A DNA stretch of 40,642 bases from a virus. The notes beneath the pieces are model-generated. The model did no database searches and was not told where the DNA came from. It saw only the letters and a program-made list of their open reading frames with translations. The first letter of the stretch is position 1. The number at the start of each line of letters is the position of its first letter. Location: positions 1 through 40,642 of the IMG/VR virus record IMGVR_UViG_3300006046_000004. One strand, written 5' to 3'. Both the position numbers and the translations under genes were made by a program. Shown here one piece after another: positions 1-8,528 of the stretch.

Positions 1-90
1 CAATCCGCAACTTGCCGAATTGCAGGACAACCCCGTGCTCGCAGACCGCATTCGCACCATCGCCAAGGGCGAAAGCAATGATCCGCGCGA
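1..90. repeat. Terminal direct repeat: nt 1-90 are identical to nt 40553-40642 (closure overlap of a circular or circularly permuted genome, unit length 40552 bp)
   Basis: Base-by-base reading: both copies read caatccgcaacttgccgaattgcagg...gcaatgatccgcgcga. A reading frame runs through the junction without interruption. Confidence 0.95.
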
Positions 91-1822
91 GCAGCAGATC
101 ATCGCCGAGACGATCTTCAACCGCGCGGCTGCGCGCGGCCAGCCGCTCGAGCAAGTCACTCGGCAATACACCGGCCCGCAATCGACCGGCTATTACCCGG
201 CCTCGACCTTCGGGCGCGGGCAGATCAGCGAAGACGCGCTGACGCCGGTGCTGCGCGGCTCCGACATCGGCGGCGGCGATATCGGCTTCTCGCCGACCGG
301 CAACGCCTCGGCAGATGTCGCAGCTAATGGCATCCGCACCGGCCGTTACAATGCCTCCGGGCGACTTCCCGGCAGTGGCGAAACCTTCGTGCAGCAGGAG
401 CCGCCGGGACAACTGCAGCGGCTTGCAGCCACGCGCGTGCCCGCCAATTCCGCAGATGTCCAGGCGGCTCCCCCGGACGTCCCGCAAGTGGTCGCATCCC
501 TAAACCCGGCCGGTGCCCAAAGCGACACCGCGCCTGCGCCCCAGGGCTCGGCGCTGCCGGACCCGACCGCGATTGCGGCGGCACCCGAGGCCGTGCGCAA
601 TGGCGCGCTAACGCCGCCCGCAGCAGCAACCACGGGTCCGGCGCTGCCCCCTGATCCAACGACCATCGCGAAGGCACCGGGGCCTGGCCAGTTGCCGCCT
701 AACATGGCCGGCGCGACCCTGCCGCCACCAGTTGTGCCATACGATCCCGGCCCGGAGCCAAAGCGTACGCCGCCCACGCAATTCATGCAGAGGCTGGAAC
801 GCGCCGCCCAAGACCCCACGCTCAGCCCGGCACTGCGCCAGTCAGCGCACGATAAATACAGCGAACTATTCAAGGCGCAGCACGAGGAAGACCTCAACCG
901 CTGGAAAATCTGGAAACAGGAGGAGATCAAATCCAGGGACCCGGCGACGCGGCTTGCCTTGCAAAGAAGCAGTTACGACGTTGAGAAAGAAAAACGCGCG
1001 CTGGAGGGCGAAGGGTTCTTCGCATTGTCGCCGGAAGAAACAGCGCGGCTTGGTACACTGCCTGCAGGCGTCACCGCTTATAAGGATCGCTTTGGAAATC
1101 TGAAGACGATCCAAGGGCCGACGACAGTCAGCATCGATCAGGCCGGGGAGAAAGAAGAAAGCAAGGTCACGGGCAGGCTGGCGGCCGAGCGCGCCGGCAA
1201 GATGATGGAAAGCGCCAATACGGCCGGGACGACGTTGTATACGCTGAACCGCGCCGATGCCCTGCTCAACCAAATCAAGACTGACGCTTTGGCCCCAACA
1301 CGAATGAGCGTAGGGGCCATGGGACGGGCGCTTGGGGTATCGGACGAGGTGCTTGCAAGATTAAATCTCGATCCGAAGTCCATCGGCTCAGCGCAAGCAT
1401 TCAACGCTATCGTCGGCGACCTTGTGATTGGAAAGATTGGTGCCGGCGGCTTCCCCTCCAACAACTTCTCGAACACAGACCGCACGTTCTTGACCGACAC
1501 CGTTGCCAAGCTCGGGGACGATCCCGAAAGCAATCGCATCAAGCTCGGCGCTGCCAAGATGGTGGCGCATCGCGACCTGGAGAAAGCGCAAGAGTGGGCC
1601 GCCTTCCGGCGCGACAACCCCAACAAGAGCTTCGTTGATTTCGAGCATAGCTGGAATGAAAAGGTCAGCAACAACGATCTGTCCGGACAGTTGCGACAGC
1701 AGGCCGAGGCTTTAATCGCAACTGCAAAGGGCGGAGGTGACGACGCAGCGCGGGAATGGCTCAAAAACAACCCCAATGACCCGCGAGCTGGCGCCATCCG
1801 GAAAAGGTTGGAGGGACGGTGA
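1..1822 (+). CDS. 3' part of a junction-spanning virion (internal/ejection-type) protein gene; the complete gene is 40050..40552 plus 1..1822 (774 aa). It carries a SleB/CwlJ-like cell-wall hydrolase motif and an Ala/Pro-rich linker
   Basis: Codon phase from ATG 40050 continues into the track ORF 20..1822 across the 90-bp overlap. IRTIAKGESNDPREQQIIAETIFNRAAARG resembles the Hydrolase_2 (SleB) signature. The gene sits in the internal-virion-protein slot upstream of the tail fibre. Confidence 0.6.
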   Translation, partial: NPQLAELQDNPVLADRIRTIAKGESNDPREQQIIAETIFNRAAARGQPLEQVTRQYTGPQSTGYYPASTFGRGQISEDALTPVLRGSDIGGGDIGFSPTGNASADVAANGIRTGRYNASGRLPGSGETFVQQEPPGQLQRLAATRVPANSADVQAAPPDVPQVVASLNPAGAQSDTAPAPQGSALPDPTAIAAAPEAVRNGALTPPAAATTGPALPPDPTTIAKAPGPGQLPPNMAGATLPPPVVPYDPGPEPKRTPPTQFMQRLERAAQDPTLSPALRQSAHDKYSELFKAQHEEDLNRWKIWKQEEIKSRDPATRLALQRSSYDVEKEKRALEGEGFFALSPEETARLGTLPAGVTAYKDRFGNLKTIQGPTTVSIDQAGEKEESKVTGRLAAERAGKMMESANTAGTTLYTLNRADALLNQIKTDALAPTRMSVGAMGRALGVSDEVLARLNLDPKSIGSAQAFNAIVGDLVIGKIGAGGFPSNNFSNTDRTFLTDTVAKLGDDPESNRIKLGAAKMVAHRDLEKAQEWAAFRRDNPNKSFVDFEHSWNEKVSNNDLSGQLRQQAEALIATAKGGGDDAAREWLKNNPNDPRAGAIRKRLEGR

Positions 1823-3210
1823 TGGCTGAACAAAAGCCGTTCGACCCGGACGCTTATCTCGCATCGTCGCCTAAACAAGAGTTTAACCCGGATAAATATC
1901 TGGCCGGTGGCGAGCAGCCGGAGCCGACCCCAACCTATCGCGGCTCCGTTCTGCCTTTCACCACCTACAGCGACAAGAGCGTGCGGTTTGAGCCACTGAC
2001 TTCCGGCCTGACAGGCGGGTTGTACCAGGGTTACAAGCAGGCCAACGATTACGTTAACCGTGTTGTCAGCGGCGAAGCGTCCAGCGATGTCAGCGACCCG
2101 CGCGTGATGGGCGAGGTCTTCAACATGGCAACGCTGGGGCTTGGCACCAACCCATTCGTGCGTTCCGGCGACCGCGCCATTGCGGGTGTGAAGGGCGTAA
2201 AGCAAGACCTGTCGCTCGCACGGACACCGACCGTCCAGGAATTAAAGGATGTCGGTGGCAAGCAAATCAGCGATGTCGTCGATCTGCCGGTGAAGTATAA
2301 TCCGCAGCATATTCCGATACTGGCCGACCAGATCGAGCAGAACCTGCTCAAGGAAGGCGTGCTTCCCAAAGATGCCCCAGGAATTTACGAGACGCTCCGT
2401 TACATGCGGCAGTCCACCCCGCCCCCCGGCTCCACTGTCCACGTCGAGCCTGCCAACCTCATCTCACTCCGCAAGAACATCGCCAACAAGTTCGGCAAGG
2501 CTGACGAGAACCAGAAGGGCGTGGGGGTGGCGTTTGAGCACCTCAACAACTTCATTGAGAACCCTCCTGCGGGCGCTGTTCTGTCTGGACCCGCTGCCGA
2601 AGTCGGAACTCGCTACGCCACCGGCCGCGCCAACTATGCCGCCGGCATGCGCGGTGAAGAACTCGCCGACATTAGCCGCACCGCAGACTTACGAGCTGCC
2701 GCCGCCAACTCAGGACAAAATCTCGATAACTCAGTGCGCGGACGTGTCGCCACAGCAGTCCTCGACGATGCGCGAATGCGAGGTTTCGATCCCGCGGAAA
2801 AAGCCGCGCTAGAAGCCATCCCCACCGGCACGCCGGTGCGCAATTTCATGCGCAATTGGGGCAACCGTCTCGGCGGCGGCGGCGGCTTAGGCCAAGGCGT
2901 AACATCAGGGCTGGCGGCTGCCGGGGCCAATTTCCTGGGTGCAGGCCCGGCCGTCACAGGGGCGGCGGCGGTGATTGCCCCCGGCGTCGGGGCCTACCTC
3001 AAAAACCAAGCCGCCAAGGGCACTGTGGGTGCGCTCGAAGCGGTCCAGGAGGCCACGCAGCGCCGCTCGCCGCTGTTCCTGGAGAAACTGCCCGGCCAAG
3101 ATCTGGTGCCATCCACGCCTGGCCGCGACGCCATGGCGCGCGCCTTGCTGCAGATGCAATTGCGTCGGCAACAGTCGCAAGTGCCAGACTATGATCCAAA
3201 CCTCACATAG
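1822..3210 (+). CDS. Virion-associated protein of unknown function (internal virion protein candidate, 462 aa)
   Basis: Long ORF with high GC3. GGAGGG lies 6 nt upstream of ATG 1822, which overlaps the upstream TGA (TGATG); a GTG at 1819 is an alternative start. There is a Gly-rich hydrophobic segment near the C-terminus. Confidence 0.6.
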   Translation: MAEQKPFDPDAYLASSPKQEFNPDKYLAGGEQPEPTPTYRGSVLPFTTYSDKSVRFEPLTSGLTGGLYQGYKQANDYVNRVVSGEASSDVSDPRVMGEVFNMATLGLGTNPFVRSGDRAIAGVKGVKQDLSLARTPTVQELKDVGGKQISDVVDLPVKYNPQHIPILADQIEQNLLKEGVLPKDAPGIYETLRYMRQSTPPPGSTVHVEPANLISLRKNIANKFGKADENQKGVGVAFEHLNNFIENPPAGAVLSGPAAEVGTRYATGRANYAAGMRGEELADISRTADLRAAAANSGQNLDNSVRGRVATAVLDDARMRGFDPAEKAALEAIPTGTPVRNFMRNWGNRLGGGGGLGQGVTSGLAAAGANFLGAGPAVTGAAAVIAPGVGAYLKNQAAKGTVGALEAVQEATQRRSPLFLEKLPGQDLVPSTPGRDAMARALLQMQLRRQQSQVPDYDPNLT

Positions 3211-3243
3211 GAGGCCACATTGCCCCGCAACGGCTCAGGCGTC
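3207..3243 (+). pseudogene. Relic copy of the tail-fibre translation start (stop+SD TAGGAGG, 5-nt spacer, TTG, codons for PRNGSGV)
   Basis: 3207-3243 aligns position-for-position with 3878-3914, the true tail-fibre start. The peptide (L/I)PRNGSGV is the same but almost every synonymous site differs (ccc/cct, cgc/agg, tca/agt, ggc/ggg, gtc/gtg). The frame then decays and overlaps the HNH gene. Confidence 0.6.
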
Positions 3244-3302
3244 TCTGCCTTGCAATGGATCAGGAATAGGCGGACCATCGGACCTCCAACAGGAGGTCAA
3301 AA

Positions 3303-3881
3303 ATGGCAGTCACGAACAAGCTGCGAAACATATGGTACGGGCTCAAACAGCGTTGCAATAATCCAAACTTCAAACAGTGGAAGGACTACGGCGGTCGTGG
3401 CATCAAAGTTCGCTTCAAGTCATTCGATGAATTTTTCGCTGCGATAGGAGAGAGACCTCCTGGCATGGTGATCGACCGCATTGACAATGACGGCGACTAC
3501 GCTCGCGGCAATGTGCGATGGACGACGCGCGCTGTATCAATGGCCAATCGCAGAAATGCGGTCTTTGTAAAAATCAAAGGCAAGAAATATCGCGCCATGG
3601 ACCTTGCAAAGAAGTCTGGCATCAAGACCGACACTGTCGTGGAACGAGCCGAAAGAGGCTTGTCGCTTGCCAAAGTTTTATCGCCTGAGAAAATATATAA
3701 TCTCTCCGGGTTGGCGCTAGGTGGAGAGGCCTCTGGTGCAAAGAAGCGTGCTCTTGCGCATTGCTGCAATGGCCACGAGTACACACCAGAAAACACACTC
3801 GTCACGAAAGAGGGCTGGCGACGATGTCGGGCATGCCATCGATTGAAGATGCAACGTCGCTACGCTGCGGCACGGAAATAG
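3303..3881 (+). CDS. HNH homing-endonuclease-like protein (192 aa)
   Basis: The C-terminal CCNGHEYTPENTLVTKEGWRRCRACH fits the C-x2-GH...N...C-x2-C-H beta-beta-alpha-Me (HNH) layout. The N-terminal YGGRGIKV...IDRIDNDGDYARGNVRWTT is a repeat typical of phage HNH/NUMOD-type DNA-binding modules. The gene is visibly AT-richer than its flanks and is inserted between two structural genes. Confidence 0.65.
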   Translation: MAVTNKLRNIWYGLKQRCNNPNFKQWKDYGGRGIKVRFKSFDEFFAAIGERPPGMVIDRIDNDGDYARGNVRWTTRAVSMANRRNAVFVKIKGKKYRAMDLAKKSGIKTDTVVERAERGLSLAKVLSPEKIYNLSGLALGGEASGAKKRALAHCCNGHEYTPENTLVTKEGWRRCRACHRLKMQRRYAAARK

Positions 3882-3911
3882 GAGGTTAAAATTCCTAGGA
3901 ACGGCAGTGGG

Positions 3912-5681
3912 GTGTACAGTAGGCCGCCGGGTACGGACGGAATTCCTAACCTGACCATCGAGTCCACCAAATACAACGCCTACGTCGGCGACGTGGAGCA
4001 GGACCTCAACACGCCGCGGCCGATCGTGGCCGGCGGCACCGGCGCCACCACGGCCCGCGATGCCATGATCGCGCTGGGCGGCGAACTCGCCAACCAGGTG
4101 GTCACCAATTACGACAGTTTCCCGTTCGTTTCCGGCTCATTCATTTCCGACAACGCCGCCACCGCCAGCCCGCTCGACGGGTATTATTTCTCCGGCATTG
4201 CCACCGCCTACAACAACAGTTTCACCGTCCTGCATGCCTACGAGATCAACACCGGCGAGGAATTTGTGCGGGTGAAGACCACGGCCGGCTGGGGCCCGTG
4301 GACCGGCCCGCGGCTGGGCGGTGATGTCAACATCGCCAGCACCACGCCATCGACCGCATCGAACACCGGCGCGCTGACGGTCAACGGCGGGCTCGGCGTC
4401 GGGCTCGACATCTTTGCCGGCGGCAACATCCACGCCGGCACCGGCACGGTCTATCTCACCCCGACGCAGTATCTGTTCCACAACGGCACCGCGTTCAGCT
4501 TCTCCACCACGCCAGTGCAGATCACCTCGGCGGTGGACTCGACCTCGCCGACCACCGGAGCATTGACGATCGCCGGCGGACTCGGTGTCGTTGACAATGT
4601 CGTGGTCGGCGGCGACATCCACGGCGGCGACCTATTCGCCGTGCATCCGGCCTCGGCCACCACCGGGAAGCTCTATCTCGGCAACTCGAATGCCAAGTAC
4701 CTGGAGACTACTGGCTCGTTCTATCGCTTCGTCGCCGACCCGGTCGTGGTTGCATCGACAGCGTCGGCGGTGTCGCCATCCAACGCCGCGTTGATCGTCG
4801 CCGGCGGCATTGGCGTCGGTAACGACATCTCCACCGGCGGTGCCATCCGCTGCGCCAGCACCATCACGCTCGACAACGGCGGCGCCGACAGCCCGGAGTT
4901 GGTGCTCAAATCGGCCGGCTTCCCGGCCTTCAACATCGACAACTTCAATGGCACGCTGCGGTTTTTCGACACCGCCGTGCGGATGAGCATCTCGTCCAGC
5001 AATGGCGCCGTCAGCATCCCCGGTGGCATCACTGGCGACCTCCACGTTACCGGCAATGGCTATCTACAGGCGGTCGGCACCAGCGATGCCTATCAGGTCT
5101 TTGCCGACGAGACCGCCGCCACCAAGGGCTATGTCGGTTGGTTCCGCTCCAGCAACGGCGTGCGGCTGTTTAACGCCACTGCCGGCGATGGCATCATCAT
5201 CGATCCGGCCGCCAAGATTTATCTCGGCAAGGGAATATTCGGTAAAGCCGGAACCGCCGGTGCCTACGATGTCAATGCCCACAACTTCTATTGGACCGGC
5301 TCGGCCGCGCAGGCGTGGATCGACATCACCAACCTCGGCAACATCACGATCACTTGTGACTACCGCATCAAGAAGGACGTGGCCCCGCTCCGCAGCACCT
5401 GGGAGGTCGTCAAGCGCCTGCGCCCGATCACCTACACGCAGCGGGAATACACCCCGCCTGGTGCCACGCAGCCGCTGTTCGTCAATGACGACACTTGGCG
5501 CTGGGGCTTTGTCGCGCACGAACTGCAGGACACGCTGCTGCCGAGCGCGGCCAGTGGCTGGAAGGACAGTCCCACTGACATCCAGTCGCCCAACCTGCTG
5601 GCGATCGTGGCCGCGCTGACACGGGCCCTCCAAGAGGCCATGGAACGCATCGAGGCGCTGGAGGCGGCGCGTGCTCGATAA
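3912..5681 (+). CDS. Tail fibre protein with a C-terminal intramolecular-chaperone (peptidase S74-like) domain
   Basis: Conserved fibre N-terminus PRNGSGVYSRPPGTDG. The in-frame codons 3891-3911 encode IPRNGSG, so the true start may be ATT 3891, 5 nt after AGGAGG. Three to four internal repeats of type S.TGAL.V.GG.GV. The C-terminal CDYRIKKDV...WGFVAHELQ...LLAIVAALTRALQEAMERIEALE matches the S74 layout. Confidence 0.85.
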   Translation: MYSRPPGTDGIPNLTIESTKYNAYVGDVEQDLNTPRPIVAGGTGATTARDAMIALGGELANQVVTNYDSFPFVSGSFISDNAATASPLDGYYFSGIATAYNNSFTVLHAYEINTGEEFVRVKTTAGWGPWTGPRLGGDVNIASTTPSTASNTGALTVNGGLGVGLDIFAGGNIHAGTGTVYLTPTQYLFHNGTAFSFSTTPVQITSAVDSTSPTTGALTIAGGLGVVDNVVVGGDIHGGDLFAVHPASATTGKLYLGNSNAKYLETTGSFYRFVADPVVVASTASAVSPSNAALIVAGGIGVGNDISTGGAIRCASTITLDNGGADSPELVLKSAGFPAFNIDNFNGTLRFFDTAVRMSISSSNGAVSIPGGITGDLHVTGNGYLQAVGTSDAYQVFADETAATKGYVGWFRSSNGVRLFNATAGDGIIIDPAAKIYLGKGIFGKAGTAGAYDVNAHNFYWTGSAAQAWIDITNLGNITITCDYRIKKDVAPLRSTWEVVKRLRPITYTQREYTPPGATQPLFVNDDTWRWGFVAHELQDTLLPSAASGWKDSPTDIQSPNLLAIVAALTRALQEAMERIEALEAARAR

Positions 5682-6348
5682 GCCGACAGTAGAGTTGCCG
5701 CGGACATGGCGCGCACTGGCGGAGGACGTGACCGTGGTTGACGACCTGCTGCCGCCAAACACGCAGGCGCTGGTGCGAGACTTCCTACAACGGCCAGGCT
5801 GGCAGTTCGGCTGGAAGTCAGCGCGCAAGACCGATGTCTATTCGTTCTGGCACAAGCACTTTGCCGGGCATAGAAACTCCAAGAACGAACCGAAATACGA
5901 ATGCTCCGAAGAACTCTCGAAGAGCGCGCCGCTGGCGCACTGGTTCTGGGTGAACCTCAATAAGGTGGTGTTCCGCAACACGCACGCGCTCTATCGCTGC
6001 TATGCCAATGCGCAAACCTACGGCAGCGATGGCACCGTGCATACCGACAGCAAATCAGATCGCAGCTACACATGCGTGTATTACGCAAACGCCGACTGGC
6101 AGCCCAATTGGGCCGGCGAAACCGTGATATTCACGCCCGACAAATCTGACATCATCACCAGCATCTACCCGCGCCCGAACCGGCTGGCGATCTTTCGCGG
6201 AAACATGCCGCACGTCGCCCGCGGCGTCTCGCGCACCTGCCCGGTGCTGCGCGTTGTCCTCGCCTTCAAATCAGAGTTGCCCGATGATCCAGGACCAGCA
6301 CCGACACTTCCTGACGATCCAGGCGAACGCCAACAAGATCCGCCATAG
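5671..6348 (+). CDS. 2OG-Fe(II) oxygenase (prolyl-4-hydroxylase-like fold)
   Basis: HxD...H facial triad (TVHTDS ... NMPHVARGV) and a distal RVVLAFK strand. The start overlaps the tail-fibre stop. Confidence 0.7.
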   Translation: MLDKPTVELPRTWRALAEDVTVVDDLLPPNTQALVRDFLQRPGWQFGWKSARKTDVYSFWHKHFAGHRNSKNEPKYECSEELSKSAPLAHWFWVNLNKVVFRNTHALYRCYANAQTYGSDGTVHTDSKSDRSYTCVYYANADWQPNWAGETVIFTPDKSDIITSIYPRPNRLAIFRGNMPHVARGVSRTCPVLRVVLAFKSELPDDPGPAPTLPDDPGERQQDPP

Positions 6349-6823
6349 CGGCCGCAGCCTCTACGACCATCTACTTGGCACCCACGACCTGCTGCAGGCG
6401 TGGCGCAACCCGCCGGAAATCTGTACGGCCGGCCTGTTCCACTCGATCTACGGCACGAGGCATTTCCGCCACAAGACCTGGCCGCTCGAGGAGCGCAACG
6501 CCATCGTGCAACTGATCGGCCCCGAGGCCGAATTGTTGGTCTACATCTTCTGCGTCACGGCGCGCCCACGCGAACTGATCGAGACGACCGGCCGCGTGTT
6601 CAATACGCACAAACACGAGCTGCTGATGCTGTCGCCGGCCACGCTGGCGGCCTTGCTGGAGATCGAGGCGGCCAATCTGCTGGAGCAGGGCAGCCACGTC
6701 GGCAAGTGGCTCAAGGTGCTGCGCACCAAGGACATCAGCGACGCCGCCAAGCGCGCCATCGCGCAGCGCATGGTGGACACCGGGCACACCGCTACATCGT
6801 CAGCAGCACCAGCACCGCAATAA
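6284..6823 (+). CDS. HD-like / DUF6817-like protein (partner of the oxygenase)
   Basis: The motif run HSGRSLYDHLLGTHDLLQAW...CTAGLFHSIYGTRHF recalls the DUF6817/HD-like family. ATG 6284 is preferred over the track start at 6254. It overlaps the oxygenase 3' end by 65 nt in another frame. Confidence 0.45.
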   Translation: MIQDQHRHFLTIQANANKIRHSGRSLYDHLLGTHDLLQAWRNPPEICTAGLFHSIYGTRHFRHKTWPLEERNAIVQLIGPEAELLVYIFCVTARPRELIETTGRVFNTHKHELLMLSPATLAALLEIEAANLLEQGSHVGKWLKVLRTKDISDAAKRAIAQRMVDTGHTATSSAAPAPQ

Positions 6824-6920
6824 GCGCGATCGCATTGCCGAGCAGGCAGAGAAACGCCAGTGCAATCAGCATGGGGTGCAGGTTGAACATGCGTTCGATC
6901 TGCGTGGGCCATCCGCTCAT
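6792..6920 (-). CDS. Small single-pass membrane protein (42 aa)
   Basis: Hand translation gives MSGWPTQIERMFNLHPMLIALAFLCLLGNAIALIAVLVLLTM. Its ATG overlaps the TGA of the upstream ORF (ATGA). It is below the track size cut-off. Confidence 0.4.
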   Translation of the reverse strand: MSGWPTQIERMFNLHPMLIALAFLCLLGNAIALIAVLVLLTM

Positions 6921-7144
6921 GCCGGCCAGCCCGCCGTCACGGCACCATTGAACGTCGTCGGCACCAATGACGGCACCACCGCGCCGGCCTCAGTCACGAA
7001 CACGACAGGGATGCCGCCGCCTGCACCGGCTGTTTTGGTCACGGCAATTCCGCGGCCATTGGCGGCCTCGGTTACGGGCAAACCTCCGGTGCCGGCTGCC
7101 ACCGGCAACCCACCGCTGGTGACCGTGACGACCGCCAAGCCCAT
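6917..7144 (-). CDS. Gly/Val/Thr-rich small protein (75 aa), unknown function
   Basis: The internal ATG at 7144 lies 2 nt after the stop of 7147..7794. GC3 is high in this frame. It is coupled by ATGA to the next small ORF. Confidence 0.4.
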   Translation of the reverse strand: MGLAVVTVTSGGLPVAAGTGGLPVTEAANGRGIAVTKTAGAGGGIPVVFVTEAGAVVPSLVPTTFNGAVTAGWPA

Positions 7145-7146
7145 GA

Positions 7147-7794
7147 TCAGTACGGCCGCACCGGCGGCGGCTCGCTGAACACGTTCTGCTGCGGCTGCTG
7201 CGGCTGCTGCGGGTACGGCCCCTGCCACGGCGGCTGGCCCTGCTGGCCCGGCTGATCGGTCAGTTGCGGCTGCTCCTGCTGGCCCGGCTGCCCGCCTTGC
7301 TGCGACTGCCGCTCTAACCGCTGGTTCTCACCCTCACCGATCTCCAGCGGCGGCAGCACGTTGCTGCCAGGCGGCTCATTGATCGAGGGGTAACCCTCCA
7401 GCGCACTCGGCATCGGATTAACGGATATCGCCGGTGCATTCGGATTGACACCGCGGTGGCCAGGGTTGCCGGTGATGTCCTCAAGGTCGCGCGTTGACTT
7501 GTGCGGGTTGCGCTCGCCCGCGACCTCGCCGCTCGGCCGGTTGGCCGGGTCAAGCCCCGGCTGCGCGACATTGGCGTATTCCGCCTTGATCATGCCGGCG
7601 ACCTGCTCCATGTCGACGCCCTCGCCGGCGCCGCCCGTATTCTGCGCAATGGCGTTGCGCTCCTGCTGCTGCTGCATGCGCTCGTTGCGCTGCAGCGGCT
7701 GCTGCCACGGCCCGGCCTGGCGCTGGAGTTCGCCCGGCTGCATCCCGGCCTGTTGGCTCTGGCTCGGCTGGTTCTGATTCCACTGGTCGCTCAT
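7147..7794 (-). CDS. Gln/Pro-rich low-complexity protein (215 aa), unknown function
   Basis: AGGAGA SD upstream of ATG 7794. Q/P-rich termini (QQGGQPGQQEQPQ...PQQPQQPQQ) flank a more ordinary core. Confidence 0.6.
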   Translation of the reverse strand: MSDQWNQNQPSQSQQAGMQPGELQRQAGPWQQPLQRNERMQQQQERNAIAQNTGGAGEGVDMEQVAGMIKAEYANVAQPGLDPANRPSGEVAGERNPHKSTRDLEDITGNPGHRGVNPNAPAISVNPMPSALEGYPSINEPPGSNVLPPLEIGEGENQRLERQSQQGGQPGQQEQPQLTDQPGQQGQPPWQGPYPQQPQQPQQNVFSEPPPVRPY

Positions 7795-7834
7795 GATCGT
7801 TCTCCTGTTGCGGGTGCCGAGGTAACGCGCGAGA

Positions 7835-8416
7835 TCACGTAAATGTCCAGGTCTGGCTCGCAGTCTGCACGGTTCCTGCAGTGGTCACGACCACTGGCCA
7901 AGTGCCTGCGGTTAGCTTTTTAGTGGGCGTCGCCGTCAACGAGGTCGAACTGACGTAAGTCGTGGGCTGGGCCAGGCCGTTTACCGTGATAACACTCTGC
8001 TTTGTGAAGCCGGTTCCGGTCGCGGTGAGTGCTTGCGTGCCAGCACCCGATACGGTCGTGGTCGGGCTGATGCTGACCAGCGTCGTTGCCGCCGGCGATA
8101 GGCTGGACGCATGCTGCGCGTTCGGCGTGGTCGTGTAGTTGCCGAGGCAGGAGAATGCCAACGTCGGACACTCCGCGCGCGATCCCGGAGCGGTCACCAC
8201 GACCTCGGTGCCGGACCCCTCGCTGTCCACGCTGGGATAGCCGGTGTTATCGACCGAGGTCCGCTTGGCGGCGAATACTGTGACGGTACTAGATGTGCCG
8301 TCATCTATACTTGTTTGTGAAGGCGCGTTCGGCGGGGTCTGGCCAAGAAAGACGTTAGGAAAGTTGGTGGGCGGTGTAGGGTTAGGATTTAAAACCGTTA
8401 TCGCATTTTGCGCCAT
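7835..8416 (-). CDS. Ig-like (IPT/TIG-type) domain protein (193 aa), possible virion decoration or adhesin
   Basis: The C-terminal ISPTTTVSGAGTQALTATGTGFTKQSVITVNGL...TWPVVVTT has the IPT/TIG beta-sandwich pattern. AAGGAG lies 7 nt upstream of ATG 8416, which is preferred over the track start at 8539. Confidence 0.55.
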   Translation of the reverse strand: MAQNAITVLNPNPTPPTNFPNVFLGQTPPNAPSQTSIDDGTSSTVTVFAAKRTSVDNTGYPSVDSEGSGTEVVVTAPGSRAECPTLAFSCLGNYTTTPNAQHASSLSPAATTLVSISPTTTVSGAGTQALTATGTGFTKQSVITVNGLAQPTTYVSSTSLTATPTKKLTAGTWPVVVTTAGTVQTASQTWTFT

Positions 8417-8528
8417 GGCATGGCTCCTTGTGATTGCGGCCCCCGCCGCAACAGTGGCTAGACCGCGGGCGAGGGCCTTTGGTCGCGACGATTGTCTGGA
8501 CAGGATAACACCGCCGCAGCCGGCAGCA

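Noticed and set aside
324-930. Numerous antisense and out-of-frame ORFs inside long genes (for example 324..677, 346..930, 1138..2205, 4137..4622, 5064..5828, 14396..15130, 39006..39542)
   Set aside because: They are completely nested in stronger, motif-bearing genes on the other strand or frame and have Arg/Ala/Gly/Pro-biased composition. This is the expected artefact of high GC content.
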